From contig JBDLTQ010000005.1 of the NCBI GenBank assembly GCA_039805745.1, positions 1 through 49,866 on the forward strand: 49,866 bases of DNA, in the 5' to 3' direction. This DNA comes from Candidatus Parcubacteria bacterium. Lineage in GTDB: Bacteria; Patescibacteriota; Minisyncoccia; Phycocordibacterales; UBA5272. The translations under genes and the position numbers were made by a program. A model generated the notes under the pieces. The model saw only the letters and a program-made list of their open reading frames with translations. It had not been told where the DNA came from and made no database searches. Below, piece by piece: positions 16,725-26,430 of the stretch; within the stretch, counting starts at the first letter, position 1; every line of letters begins with the position of its first letter.

Positions 16725-18365
16725 TTAATTAGTTTGCTTTTGAGCACCTCGTGTAACTGTCTCTTGAGAAACAACAACATCTCCTTCAACTAAACCTTCA
16801 GTGACTTCAATCAGTCCAGCATCACCACGAATACCGAGAGTTACATTTTTTACTTCTTGTGCTGTTTTTGTTACAACCACTACTTGTCCATGGGTTGCGT
16901 CCATCACATGCACAAATCGTGCAGGGATAGTAATAACACTTGATTTTGATTCTGTAAGAATAGTGACATTAGCAGTCATACCTTGTTTGATTCGCTCATC
17001 TGTACCAGAAAAAGTAACAATCACTTTATACACAGGGACTGTTCCTTCTGTGGTTGCTGACGGATTGATACGAGTTACTGTTGCTGGAAAAATAACAGAT
17101 GTTCCATAAGCATCAAGTGTTACATCAACAGATGCACCTACTTTTACTTTAATAATATCAACCTCTGGAACCTTTGCTTCTATTTCATACCCTTCTGTTG
17201 CCATCATTTGTATCACAGTGTGACCCGTAGTCACTGTTTCACCAATTGACATATCAACTTCACTTATCACACCAGTAAACGGCGCAACAATAATTGTCTT
17301 TGATAAATTAGCACGAGCTTGAGCGACTTGTGCTTCAGCTTGAGAAACAAGAGCAGATTGCGCCTTTAAAGTGTATGGATCGGTTCCCGCCTTTGCGAGA
17401 GAAAGGTCACGATTGGCTTGATTAAGTGTGTTTTTTGCACCAACAAGAACAGCGCGCTTTGCAGTCAAATCAGAAAAAAGACTTGTCATGCTTGTTTTTA
17501 CAGAAGAAAGCGTTGTTCGATATCCATCAAGAGATGCGTTTGTGGTACTACACGGAGCAAGAAGAAGTCCAGAGATACCGTTCACAAGCTCGTTTGTAAG
17601 AACAGCAGACTGATATGCCATAGAAAAAGCCTCATCAAGAGCCTCATTGGAGGAAATAGCGGAGACGGTGGTACTTTTCTTCTGGAATGAAGCGAGAGAT
17701 TCTTCGAGTTTTGTACGTTTTACTTCCACCTCATTCTGAAGACGTTGATCACATGAAGAGAAAGAAAGAGTGTATTGGACACCATTAAAAGTAAATAAGG
17801 AGGAGAATTTATTTTTTACAGTATCTGCAGTAACAGCATCAACGTTTTTTATTGCATCAGGCAAACCATAATATGCCTGAGTGAGCGATTCACCAGCGTT
17901 AGCAACAGCCTGCTCTTTAATAGCAAGCTCTTCTTTGCGTGCACCATTCTCAAGTTGAAGCAATGTCGCCTGACGATTAGCGAGAACTGCCTCGGCCTCC
18001 AAAAGAGAAGCTTGCACATTGCCAGCTTGTAATGTTGACAACACCTTACCTTGTGTCACTCGATCACCAACCCTTGCTCCAATATATGCCACCTGGCCTC
18101 CTGTTTGAAACGAAAGAGTCGCATCTTTTGAAGCTTGTACCGATCCAGATACCGCAACAGACTGCTTAATGGCTCCATAGCCAACTGTATAAGAATCATC
18201 ATTTTCCGATGGAGAAGAAAAAAGACCGAGACCCAAAATACCCACAGCGACAAGAAAAAGGATAGCTGTGTAGGTTCTATGAGTAGCAAGAAAACGATGT
18301 AATGATGAATAATTTTTATATAAAAAGCTGAAAAATGATTGTAACATATCACTATAGTATACCAT
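16725..18365 (-). CDS. HlyD/MacA-family periplasmic adaptor (membrane fusion protein)
   Basis: N-terminal TM helix, lipoyl-like/barrel segments flanking a long alpha-hairpin, and a C-terminal beta domain. First gene of the three-gene efflux operon. Confidence 0.82.
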   Translation of the reverse strand: MVYYSDMLQSFFSFLYKNYSSLHRFLATHRTYTAILFLVAVGILGLGLFSSPSENDDSYTVGYGAIKQSVAVSGSVQASKDATLSFQTGGQVAYIGARVGDRVTQGKVLSTLQAGNVQASLLEAEAVLANRQATLLQLENGARKEELAIKEQAVANAGESLTQAYYGLPDAIKNVDAVTADTVKNKFSSLFTFNGVQYTLSFSSCDQRLQNEVEVKRTKLEESLASFQKKSTTVSAISSNEALDEAFSMAYQSAVLTNELVNGISGLLLAPCSTTNASLDGYRTTLSSVKTSMTSLFSDLTAKRAVLVGAKNTLNQANRDLSLAKAGTDPYTLKAQSALVSQAEAQVAQARANLSKTIIVAPFTGVISEVDMSIGETVTTGHTVIQMMATEGYEIEAKVPEVDIIKVKVGASVDVTLDAYGTSVIFPATVTRINPSATTEGTVPVYKVIVTFSGTDERIKQGMTANVTILTESKSSVITIPARFVHVMDATHGQVVVVTKTAQEVKNVTLGIRGDAGLIEVTEGLVEGDVVVSQETVTRGAQKQTN

Positions 18366-18432
18366 TGTATTGCTTGTATATACCTATTTACGACTGCTCC
18401 ATACTCATACTACATGCTATACTTTTAGTATC

Positions 18433-19206
18433 ATGATAAAACGAACACTGCCACTTATTGTAGGCAACTGGAAGGCTACACCACAGACACAAGAGAGTGC
18501 TATCAAAAATATAAAAAATCTTGAGAAAAAACTGACAACTTCCAAAATAAAACTTCCAAAAAAAGTCTATTATATAGCCGTTCCTGAGATTTTTATACCA
18601 ACACTCACACCATTAGCTAAAAAAGGCTATATTGGCGCAGAAACATTACATGGCACAAAAGAAGGACAGATAACTGGGGGGACCACGCCACTACAACTCC
18701 TTTCTGGAGGGGCTATGTTTACACTTATTGGTCACAGTGAGGTACGAGCTCGTGGCGAGACTCGTGAAGAACGAGCACAAAAAACACTAGCATCACTGAG
18801 CAACAAACTACCTGTCGTGCTATGTTTTGGAGAACGAACACGAGACGCAAATGGAAACTATCTCGAAGAACTAGAGGAAGATGTAAAAGAGACCTTAGCC
18901 AGCACTCCTCGTGAGCTTTTTTCTAATCTCATACTTGCCTATGAACCTATTTGGGCAATAGGAGCTGCCAACCCAGCAACAACAAGTGAATGTTTCGAGG
19001 CTATTATTGCCATCAGACGAGCACTTGCGTCTCTTGCTGGTATTGATTATGCAAAAAAAGTACACATTCTCTATGGAGGAACAGTGACTAAAGACTCAGC
19101 GAAAGGATTTCTTGCAGAAGGAGGCGTTGACGGTCTCCTTATAGGAAGAGCGTCTCAAGATCCTGCTTCTTTTTTTGAAATTATTTCTGTAGTACACACT
19201 AAGTAA
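18433..19206 (+). CDS. tpiA: Triosephosphate isomerase
   Basis: Motifs VGNWKA, IGHSEVR, AYEPIWAIG, and YGG.V are present. ATG at 18433. Confidence 0.9.
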   Translation: MIKRTLPLIVGNWKATPQTQESAIKNIKNLEKKLTTSKIKLPKKVYYIAVPEIFIPTLTPLAKKGYIGAETLHGTKEGQITGGTTPLQLLSGGAMFTLIGHSEVRARGETREERAQKTLASLSNKLPVVLCFGERTRDANGNYLEELEEDVKETLASTPRELFSNLILAYEPIWAIGAANPATTSECFEAIIAIRRALASLAGIDYAKKVHILYGGTVTKDSAKGFLAEGGVDGLLIGRASQDPASFFEIISVVHTK

Positions 19207-19257
19207 CGTATACTTGAGAAACACTACTTAATCACACACTTTAACTACACGTATTTT

Positions 19258-20385
19258 ATGAACACAACTTGGCAAGAACACATTGTTCCGGATTTGCGCA
19301 CATTACGAGGAAAAAGAGTCATCGTTCGTGTAGACTGGAATCTTCCAATGGACGGAACACAGATAAGTGACTTTAGTCGTTTCAATGTCACTGTTCCATT
19401 CCTTAAGAACCTCTCTCATGCTGGCGCTAAAATTATTATTCTTACCCATTTTGGAGAAAAGGGGGAAAGTCTAGGACCTGTTGCACGCCACGCAACACAA
19501 GAACTTTCTTTTATACAATTCACACAAACAAATGACTTTGCAGTACTTGAAACAATGTCTCGTGAATTATCAGATGGAAATGCGTTATTACTTGAAAATG
19601 TTCGTCTTTTTAACGGGGAAACAGAAAACCTCTCCTCACTTGTAAGAGACTTTTCTTTGCTCGGAGATGTGTTTATTAATGATGCGTTCTCGGTAGCTCA
19701 TAGAATACATGCGAGTGTTGTTGGTCTAGGAAAAGAGATGCTCTCATATTTTGGACCAACATTTACACGAGAACTAGAACATCTTACAAAAGCCCTCAAC
19801 CCTAACCCTCCCGCACTTTTTATTGTTGGTGGAGCAAAGATCTCAACCAAGTTATCTCTCATTCATCAGTACTTAGATAAGGGAGTGAAGGTCTTTGTTG
19901 GTGGTGCAATGGTACATAATATCTGGAAAGAACTTGGAATAGAGATAGGTGAGAGTTTGTATGACCCAAACTATCATCTCCCTGAGAGTTTTGTTCGACA
20001 TCCACTACTCCTTACACCAAAAGATGTGATCTTACACACGGGAGAAACTGTACCCGTTGGTAAAATTCCGACAAATGGAGTTATTGTTGATTGCGGTAGA
20101 GAAACTGTTGAAATGTTACAAGAGGTTATGAAGCTTTCTAACACTGTCATTGCCAATGGTCCACTTGGACTCTATGAAAAAGGATGGCTCTATGGTAGCG
20201 AGCATGTACTCAATGCAATAGCGACAAGTAATATTGCTTCATACATAGGCGGAGGGGACACAGTAACAGTTGCTCACAAATTAGATCTTCTTAATAAGTT
20301 CACTTTTGTTTCACTTGGAGGAGGGGCGATGCTAGATTTTCTCGCTTCTGGTACACTACCTGGTATAGATGCTGTCACAAAATAA
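19258..20385 (+). CDS. pgk: Phosphoglycerate kinase
   Basis: RVDWNLPM N-terminal motif, FINDAFSVAHR, and the GGGDT C-terminal motif. Confidence 0.95.
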   Translation: MNTTWQEHIVPDLRTLRGKRVIVRVDWNLPMDGTQISDFSRFNVTVPFLKNLSHAGAKIIILTHFGEKGESLGPVARHATQELSFIQFTQTNDFAVLETMSRELSDGNALLLENVRLFNGETENLSSLVRDFSLLGDVFINDAFSVAHRIHASVVGLGKEMLSYFGPTFTRELEHLTKALNPNPPALFIVGGAKISTKLSLIHQYLDKGVKVFVGGAMVHNIWKELGIEIGESLYDPNYHLPESFVRHPLLLTPKDVILHTGETVPVGKIPTNGVIVDCGRETVEMLQEVMKLSNTVIANGPLGLYEKGWLYGSEHVLNAIATSNIASYIGGGDTVTVAHKLDLLNKFTFVSLGGGAMLDFLASGTLPGIDAVTK

Positions 20386-20416
20386 CAACTCGCCGGTTAT
20401 AGTAGACACGGGGGAT

Positions 20417-20962
20417 ATGGAAGTACTCACGAAGTTAATTATCTCTGCAAAAAAAGGAGACAAAGAAGCTTTCGCGATTCTATATCGAACATTCTATGTC
20501 CCCCTCTATCGGTACGTGCTATCTAAAAGCCAAGACAAAGAGCTTGCAAATGATATCTGTCAGCAAACCTTTCTTAAATTCTATGAAGCGCTCGCTTCGT
20601 ACGAACCTGAAAAGTCTCCTCTTGCCTATCTCTACACGATAGCCAAAAGACTTCTCATCAACAACAAAGAAAAAAAGACATTTGAACCATTTGATGACAC
20701 TCTTTTAGAAACAACACAAGACACACAAGCTACGACACTCGACGAAATACATATTAAAAATCTTGCTGAAACCATCAACACCTATCTTCCACGATTATCA
20801 GAAGATGAGCAAGAAGTTATTCGTCTCTACTTCTATTCAGAACTAACCTACAAAGAAATAGGTGATGTTCTACAAAAAGAAGAAGCTACCATTCGAAAAA
20901 TAAAAGAACGAGCACTCAAAAAACTTCGCGTTCTCACTTCACACCTTCATGAAGGAAACTAA
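20417..20962 (+). CDS. ECF-type RNA polymerase sigma factor (sigma-70 family, regions 2 and 4)
   Basis: Region 2 (FAILYRTFYVPLYRYVLSKSQDKELANDICQQTFLKFY) and region 4 HTH (LTYKEIGDVLQKEEATIRKIKERALKKLR). An alternative start at 20369 overlaps pgk. Confidence 0.85.
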   Translation: MEVLTKLIISAKKGDKEAFAILYRTFYVPLYRYVLSKSQDKELANDICQQTFLKFYEALASYEPEKSPLAYLYTIAKRLLINNKEKKTFEPFDDTLLETTQDTQATTLDEIHIKNLAETINTYLPRLSEDEQEVIRLYFYSELTYKEIGDVLQKEEATIRKIKERALKKLRVLTSHLHEGN

Positions 20963-21299
20963 CACCACTACACTACACATAGAGAAAGCCTTGTCCATGT
21001 ATAAGGAGAACGTATCGCCGTCAGAAACCTATTTTCAAGCAATACTTTCTCAAATACCAGAGCAACAAAAACTTAAAGAGGGACGTGCGATACGTTCCCC
21101 GTATAGATGGCTGGCTTTTACTCAAGTAGTGACTGTATGTGCTATAGTAATAGCAATACTTCCTGCATCTGTTATGCGTTCAGAATACACAGAAAGTATC
21201 GTTAATCCATACTATGAGATAGACTCTCAAGTAGAAGCTTTTGAACGCCAGATTGATCAAGAGGATTACGAAAAAAGCCTCGCAGATAACTCACTCTAA
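20949..21299 (+). CDS. Putative anti-sigma factor (single-pass membrane protein)
   Basis: Overlaps the sigma gene stop by 14 nt. One TM segment (WLAFTQVVTVCAIVIAILP). Assigned by position only. Confidence 0.45.
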   Translation: MKETNTTTLHIEKALSMYKENVSPSETYFQAILSQIPEQQKLKEGRAIRSPYRWLAFTQVVTVCAIVIAILPASVMRSEYTESIVNPYYEIDSQVEAFERQIDQEDYEKSLADNSL

Positions 21300-21313
21300 C
21301 TGTATTTATTTAT

Positions 21314-21874
21314 ATGAACACCAGACTACATAAGCAATTGCTAACACTAACTCTTGGACTTCTTCTTGTCCCTATTTTTGCTTTTGCCGAAAATACAACA
21401 CAGACCGAGATATCAGAAGCATCATCAACAACCCCTGTCACAACGACCTCTACCTTTACATCATGCTCTCAAGAGGCAATTGAAGAGCGAGATACAAAAC
21501 TTGGCCAAGCACGAAATATCTACAACACTGCAATGAATGCCGCACTTCTTGAGAGAAAAAATACCGAGAAAGCAGCTATTGCTCTTGATACCGAAAAAGA
21601 AAAGAAGGAAGCAATCAAAGACTCTGTCGAAACATATAAAACAAAAACAAAACAAGCTCAAACAAACCTGACCCAAGCGAGAAAAAATATTTGGCTTTCT
21701 TTTGAGAATACTGTAAAGGATTGTCGAGAAGATTATAATAAAGGGACAACGAGTAACGATAAGGAACTAGCTAAGGAAGAAAAAAATCACCAAAAGACAC
21801 TAGATCAGGAAGCAAAAACATTCAAAGCGACACTCTTTGACTCAATCAAATCACTTTTTGGAACAAAAGAATAA
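21314..21874 (+). CDS. Secreted Lys/Glu/Thr-rich hypothetical protein
   Basis: Signal peptide LLTLTLGLLLVPIFAFA. Third gene of the sigma module. Confidence 0.6.
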   Translation: MNTRLHKQLLTLTLGLLLVPIFAFAENTTQTEISEASSTTPVTTTSTFTSCSQEAIEERDTKLGQARNIYNTAMNAALLERKNTEKAAIALDTEKEKKEAIKDSVETYKTKTKQAQTNLTQARKNIWLSFENTVKDCREDYNKGTTSNDKELAKEEKNHQKTLDQEAKTFKATLFDSIKSLFGTKE

Positions 21875-21885
21875 GATAAAAAATA

Positions 21886-21911
21886 AACAGGAGCAAAAGC
21901 TCCTGTTTTTT
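21886..21911. terminator. Bidirectional terminator
   Basis: AACAGGAGC, loop AAAA, GCTCCTGTT, then T5. An A-run lies upstream. Confidence 0.7.
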
Positions 21912-21931
21912 ATAATGCGCGCACTCTCTTA

Positions 21932-22759
21932 CTATGCACGCTTCAGCCTTGCAAGACCAAGCGCTCGCAAGATACATATCACACCCCACCCAATATCGAA
22001 TTCATACCAACGATATGAAAACTTTGGTGATGTAGGAAATGCATGATGATTCGCATGAAGCTCTTCACCACCAATCCATGGTGCAATAGGGAACAAGTTT
22101 GCTGAGTGGTGAACGTTCGTAAAACATTCAACACCTTTTTCTCGTGACCAAGCATCAGGCACAATATCACCGTCTTTCCAATTTTGATACAAAATCTTAA
22201 ACCGAGAAAGAAAACGTGTATGCCAATGCCCCACGCCATTTATCACACCCGCTGCCCAAAAAGGAATCCACGCCATCTGGATAACCCAAATAAGTAATCC
22301 AAAGACTCCAAAAAGGATAAGATTGATACCGAGCAACACCACTACACCCCACCAATTACGTGGTGTATAGAGAGCACGCTCAATCCAATCATTCGGGCAG
22401 TCTTGCGCATTTCGATAAATACTTGGGATCTTTGCTGTTTTGGTATACAGGAACACACCAGCAAAAAGAACATGGGGAAGTCCGTATTGAAGGGGACTGT
22501 GTGGATCATCAACACTTTCACACTTTGCATGATGCCTTCTATGTACAGCGACCCATTCTTTTGTTTTCATTCCTGTTGTAAACCAAGACCAAAAACGAAA
22601 AAAATGTTGAGCATACGGATGCAGTTCAAGTGAACGGTGTGCGGCATACCGATGTAAATATATCGTCACAGTCATGATGGTGATCTGTGTCATGACAAAA
22701 AGATACAGAAGCTTGCTATATGGAATATCTCCATACATACCGTTAAAAAAGAAATTCAT
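21932..22759 (-). CDS. Membrane fatty-acid (acyl-CoA/acyl-lipid delta-9-like) desaturase
   Basis: Three His boxes: HRYAAHRS, HRRHHAKCE, and HANHHAFP. TM segments present. The ATG at 22759 has GAGGT upstream. Confidence 0.82.
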   Translation of the reverse strand: MNFFFNGMYGDIPYSKLLYLFVMTQITIMTVTIYLHRYAAHRSLELHPYAQHFFRFWSWFTTGMKTKEWVAVHRRHHAKCESVDDPHSPLQYGLPHVLFAGVFLYTKTAKIPSIYRNAQDCPNDWIERALYTPRNWWGVVVLLGINLILFGVFGLLIWVIQMAWIPFWAAGVINGVGHWHTRFLSRFKILYQNWKDGDIVPDAWSREKGVECFTNVHHSANLFPIAPWIGGEELHANHHAFPTSPKFSYRWYEFDIGWGVICILRALGLARLKRA

Positions 22760-22920
22760 AAAGAACCTCAACTGTTATTGAGACACAACATGTGTACTCA
22801 TCTGAATCAGATAGTATCACACTTTAAGAACATCGCCACACCTCTACTAGGTATCACGTACTACTTATCTATACAGTATATTTTGATAAAGACACAAGGG
22901 ACTCCACGTAATAGACGACA

Positions 22921-23685
22921 CTATAATGCTATATCCAGAACAACAGGAGCATGATCACTCCCTTCAATCTCCGTCAAAATATCAGCATGTTGTATACCTT
23001 CTTTTAAAGAAGCACTTACAAATATATAATCTATTCTCCATCCAACATTACGCTCACGTGATCTTGTCTTCTGGTCCCACCAACTATACTTAACAGTATC
23101 ACCATGAGACTCACGATACGTATCAACAAACCCCGACGCAACCACCTTATCAACCCATGCACGTTCGACAGGAAGAAAACCGATTTGAGTACTGTTCTCT
23201 TTTGGCCTAGCAAGATCTATTTCATTATGTGCCACATTTAAGTCACCAGAAAAAATTACCGGCTTCTTTTTTTCGAGTTGTTTCATAAGCTTCAAAAACT
23301 CCTCATAATATCTAAGCTTAAATTGAAAATGCTCTTCATCGCGACCACCATTTGGAAAGTAGCATGTCACAAAAATAAAGTCTTTAAAGTGAAGCTGTAG
23401 CAATCGTCCTTCATGATCCATTCCCTCTACCCCAAGCCCGTAGACCACCTTCTCTGGGATTTCTTTTGTATATACAGCAACCCCTGAATACCCTTTACGT
23501 TCAGTAGCGCTATCAAAGTATGCTGTATATCCAGCAATAGTAGTAATTGCTTCCACCAACTGGTCAGGAGTTGATTTTGTTTCTTGTATCGCCACGATAT
23601 CTGGCTGTTCCATAAAGATACGCGGTAATGCACCTTTTTTATATGAGGCTCGTATGCCATTTACATTCCATGAAACAATTTTCAT
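22921..23685 (-). CDS. xth: Exodeoxyribonuclease III (AP endonuclease)
   Basis: Motifs MKIVSWNVNG, IQETK, and the C-terminal SDHAP are present. Confidence 0.95.
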   Translation of the reverse strand: MKIVSWNVNGIRASYKKGALPRIFMEQPDIVAIQETKSTPDQLVEAITTIAGYTAYFDSATERKGYSGVAVYTKEIPEKVVYGLGVEGMDHEGRLLQLHFKDFIFVTCYFPNGGRDEEHFQFKLRYYEEFLKLMKQLEKKKPVIFSGDLNVAHNEIDLARPKENSTQIGFLPVERAWVDKVVASGFVDTYRESHGDTVKYSWWDQKTRSRERNVGWRIDYIFVSASLKEGIQHADILTEIEGSDHAPVVLDIAL

Positions 23686-23746
23686 GTACTAAGTATAGCA
23701 GAAAATATATCTGACGTAATAACACCATCCATATGCACCCATTCTA

Positions 23747-24430
23747 CTATTTTCCAAAACGTCTATTACGAGTACTATACTCATGAAGTGCCTCATGAAG
23801 TGCATCTTTTCCAAATTCTGGAAATGGACGTATATCAAAATACCACTCACTATAAAGACTTTGTAGTGGCATAAACCCTGATGTACGAATCTCACCACTT
23901 GTGCGAATAATAAGATCAGGGGAGGGAATTCCTGCTCTAGAGGTGTCTAAAAAATCAACAAAAGTTTTTACAATATCATGAGATGCTTCATACAAAAGAA
24001 GAGCCCGTCTCACCTCATCATCGCCACCGTAATCAATAGCAATACATATACAAAAATCTGTATATTGTTTTGTAGACTCTTCCATTTCTTCAATAAGGTT
24101 ACAAATTTTTTTATTCAACCGATCCTTCCTTCCAAGATGCACAAATCTACTCTTTTCTTCTAGAACGCCACCTTGTAGCTCCTTGAGTCCTTTATAAATA
24201 AGAGTAAGGAGGTCATCTACTTCCTCTTCATTTCTGTTCCAATTTTCAGTAGAAAAAGCCCATATAGTCACATACTTCACACCAACAGCTCGAGCTTCTT
24301 TTGTAAGTTCGTGTACACGCTCATATCCAGCAAGATGACCAGACAGTACAGGGAGTCCTTTCTTTTTAGCCCATCTACGATTACCATCAGGAATAATTGC
24401 AATATGTTGTGGTATAACACTTCCATTCAT
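23747..24430 (-). CDS. uppS: Undecaprenyl (isoprenyl) diphosphate synthase
   Basis: HIAIIPDGNRRWA, FSTENW, and RTSGE.R.S.F cis-prenyltransferase motifs. Confidence 0.95.
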   Translation of the reverse strand: MNGSVIPQHIAIIPDGNRRWAKKKGLPVLSGHLAGYERVHELTKEARAVGVKYVTIWAFSTENWNRNEEEVDDLLTLIYKGLKELQGGVLEEKSRFVHLGRKDRLNKKICNLIEEMEESTKQYTDFCICIAIDYGGDDEVRRALLLYEASHDIVKTFVDFLDTSRAGIPSPDLIIRTSGEIRTSGFMPLQSLYSEWYFDIRPFPEFGKDALHEALHEYSTRNRRFGK

Positions 24431-24463
24431 AGACTATGTACTATACCACACCAATGACATGAA

Positions 24464-24499
24464 AGAAAAAACCACGACATAGTCTATATCGTGGTTTTT
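24464..24499 (-). terminator. Intrinsic terminator of hfq
   Basis: AACCACGA (24470-24477) / TCGTGGTT (24489-24496). U-run on the minus strand (plus-strand A5 at 24465-24469). Confidence 0.6.
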
Positions 24500-24519
24500 G
24501 ATAGTTGGCATACGCCCTT

Positions 24520-24765
24520 TTATTCCACACTATCACCAGAGTCTATTTCACTTATGGTAACGTTCCTACTTGGAACGATCGTAGAAATGGCGTGTTTGTA
24601 AACCATTTGCGTGATCGTGTTTCTGAGCATCACCACATACTGGTCAAATGATTCAACATACCCTTGCAGTTTGATGCCGTTCATCAAATAAATGAACACA
24701 GAGACGCGCCCCCGGCGAAGTGTGTTCAGAAATGGGTCTTGGAGCAAAGCATTATTTTTGGCCAT
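24520..24765 (-). CDS. hfq: RNA chaperone Hfq
   Basis: [42 protein letters not shown]...[13 protein letters not shown] contains the Sm1/Sm2 motifs. The ATG at 24765 has GAAGGAAG upstream. Confidence 0.9.
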   Translation of the reverse strand: MAKNNALLQDPFLNTLRRGRVSVFIYLMNGIKLQGYVESFDQYVVMLRNTITQMVYKHAISTIVPSRNVTISEIDSGDSVE

Positions 24766-24842
24766 GATGGCTTCCTTCAAAAAAACTGGCGAAATTGCCT
24801 ATCTACCACACTACAATACTTTTTTATAATAGTCAAAAAAAA

Positions 24843-25790
24843 TTATTCTACGTCACTTTTTCTTCTTTTACCATGAAATTTCTCATACTGATCACGAAGA
24901 AACTTATTGGTTACATTCGTGTAAATCTGTGTTGTTGCAATAGATGCATGTCCAAGCATCATCTGTACTGTACGTAAGTCAGCCCCATTATAGAGAAGGT
25001 CTGTTGCAAATGAGTGCCGAAGCACATGAGGTGTACATTTCTTAGCAATACCTGACTTCTCTGCATATTTATTAAGTACACGTTCCACACTTCGAGGAGT
25101 GAGTCGTATCGATTCCTCTTGCACCATGCGAGCATGAGCTCGTGGGGAGTGATCGACAAACATCGCCTCATCGATATCAACACGACTCCCGAGATATGTT
25201 TTTACTGCTCTCTCAGCATTCCCTGAAATGAACACTACACGAACCTTGCCACCCTTACCACGAACTGATATCTCACCATTATGAAGATCAACATTTCTAT
25301 CAAGTGAACAAAGCTCAGACACACGAAGTCCTGTAGAAAAAAGAAGTTCGAGTATTGCTTTATCCCGCAGCCCAGCAATGGTTTGGATGTCAGGAGAGGA
25401 GAGAAGTTCAAGAAGTTCTTTTTCAGAGATAAGATCAAGCTCTCTCTGTGTTGTCTTTGCAAGCTCTATACGTTCTGGATCATATCCATTACCACCACGC
25501 TTACGAATATATTTAAAGAAAGCCCGAAGAGCGATGAGGTGGTAGTTCTGTGTTTTTTTATCAAGCGCTTCTACTGCTTGCCCTTTCTTTCCTTCACGGG
25601 CTGGCATACGATTCAAGTGGACACGATACTCACGCATCATAGCATCCGTAATCTGTGAAGGAGAAGACACTTTAGCAAAAGTAATAAACCTACTTATATA
25701 ATGGTCATAGTTTCGCACTGTAAGAGCAGAGCGACCTTTTTCTATTTCTATGTATTGGAGAAAGTCGAGTTTAAAAGAGGAGAGATCCAT
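24843..25790 (-). CDS. Tyrosine recombinase XerC/XerD family
   Basis: N-terminal SAM-like domain. Catalytic motifs GLRVSEL, HVLRHSFAT, and LGHASIATTQIY. Confidence 0.9.
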   Translation of the reverse strand: MDLSSFKLDFLQYIEIEKGRSALTVRNYDHYISRFITFAKVSSPSQITDAMMREYRVHLNRMPAREGKKGQAVEALDKKTQNYHLIALRAFFKYIRKRGGNGYDPERIELAKTTQRELDLISEKELLELLSSPDIQTIAGLRDKAILELLFSTGLRVSELCSLDRNVDLHNGEISVRGKGGKVRVVFISGNAERAVKTYLGSRVDIDEAMFVDHSPRAHARMVQEESIRLTPRSVERVLNKYAEKSGIAKKCTPHVLRHSFATDLLYNGADLRTVQMMLGHASIATTQIYTNVTNKFLRDQYEKFHGKRRKSDVE

Positions 25791-25839
25791 AGCGTGTAGC
25801 GTGTAGCGTGTAGCGTGTAGTCTGTAGTGTGTAGTATTT
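25791..25839. repeat. Heptanucleotide tandem repeat (AGCGTGT)4 plus three degenerate copies, abutting the xerC/D start codon
   Basis: The units read AGCGTGT x4 (25791-25818), then AGTCTGT, AGTGTGT, AGTATTT. Confidence 0.9.
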
Positions 25840-26091
25840 GGAAAATGCTGCTACACCACAACCACTAAGCTATAACGAGTATACCCTAATGTCGCACAAT
25901 AAGCTGGGGGAAATATCGTATACATGTCTTTGTTTAAAATAAAAATACCTTTTATTAAAAAAAGACCCTGTGCGAATCTAGAATCAGAAGAGTAAAAATC
26001 AATAAATTGTTGTTTTACCTAGCCACATCTATTACTTTTAATCCTAGTATTTCATAAGAAAACACTCTACTATGCAAGGATTCCTGCGGGC

Positions 26092-26120
26092 TTGCATTTT
26101 TCTAAAATGTGTGATACAAT
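26092..26120 (+). promoter_or_regulatory. Promoter of rpsO
   Basis: TTGCAT (26092-26097), 17 nt, TACAAT (26115-26120), with an extended -10 TGA. Confidence 0.6.
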
Positions 26121-26143
26121 AGTCAAATAAAGTTACCAATTAT

Positions 26144-26407
26144 ATGCTAACACCTAGAAAGAAACAAACCGCTATTAAAAGCGTTCAGATTCACGATAAA
26201 GACACAGGATCTCCTGAAGTTCAGGTGTCTATTTTGACAAAAAAAATCACTGAACTCACAAACCATCTAAAGACACATCAGAAGGACAACCACTCTCGTC
26301 GCGGACTTATTCAGATGGTTGCTGATCGTCGTACTCACCTTAAGTACCTCGAAGGCTCTAACAAGAAGCGTTACACCGCTCTTGTGACCAAGCTCGGACT
26401 TAAATAG
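26144..26407 (+). CDS. rpsO: 30S ribosomal protein S15
   Basis: [43 protein letters not shown] matches S15. Confidence 0.95.
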   Translation: MLTPRKKQTAIKSVQIHDKDTGSPEVQVSILTKKITELTNHLKTHQKDNHSRRGLIQMVADRRTHLKYLEGSNKKRYTALVTKLGLK

Positions 26408-26430
26408 TCTCGAAAAACTAAAAAGGGGAA

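Noticed and set aside
24843-25790. The tyrosine recombinase as the integrase of a mobile element.
   Set aside because: It has the housekeeping XerC/D-like motif set. Neighbouring genes are core (hfq, uppS, rpsO). I could find no flanking direct repeats and no tRNA target.
25791-25839. The heptamer repeat as a CRISPR array or minisatellite-encoded peptide.
   Set aside because: The unit is 7 nt with no spacers. It is non-coding and directly upstream of an ATG. No cas genes are present.
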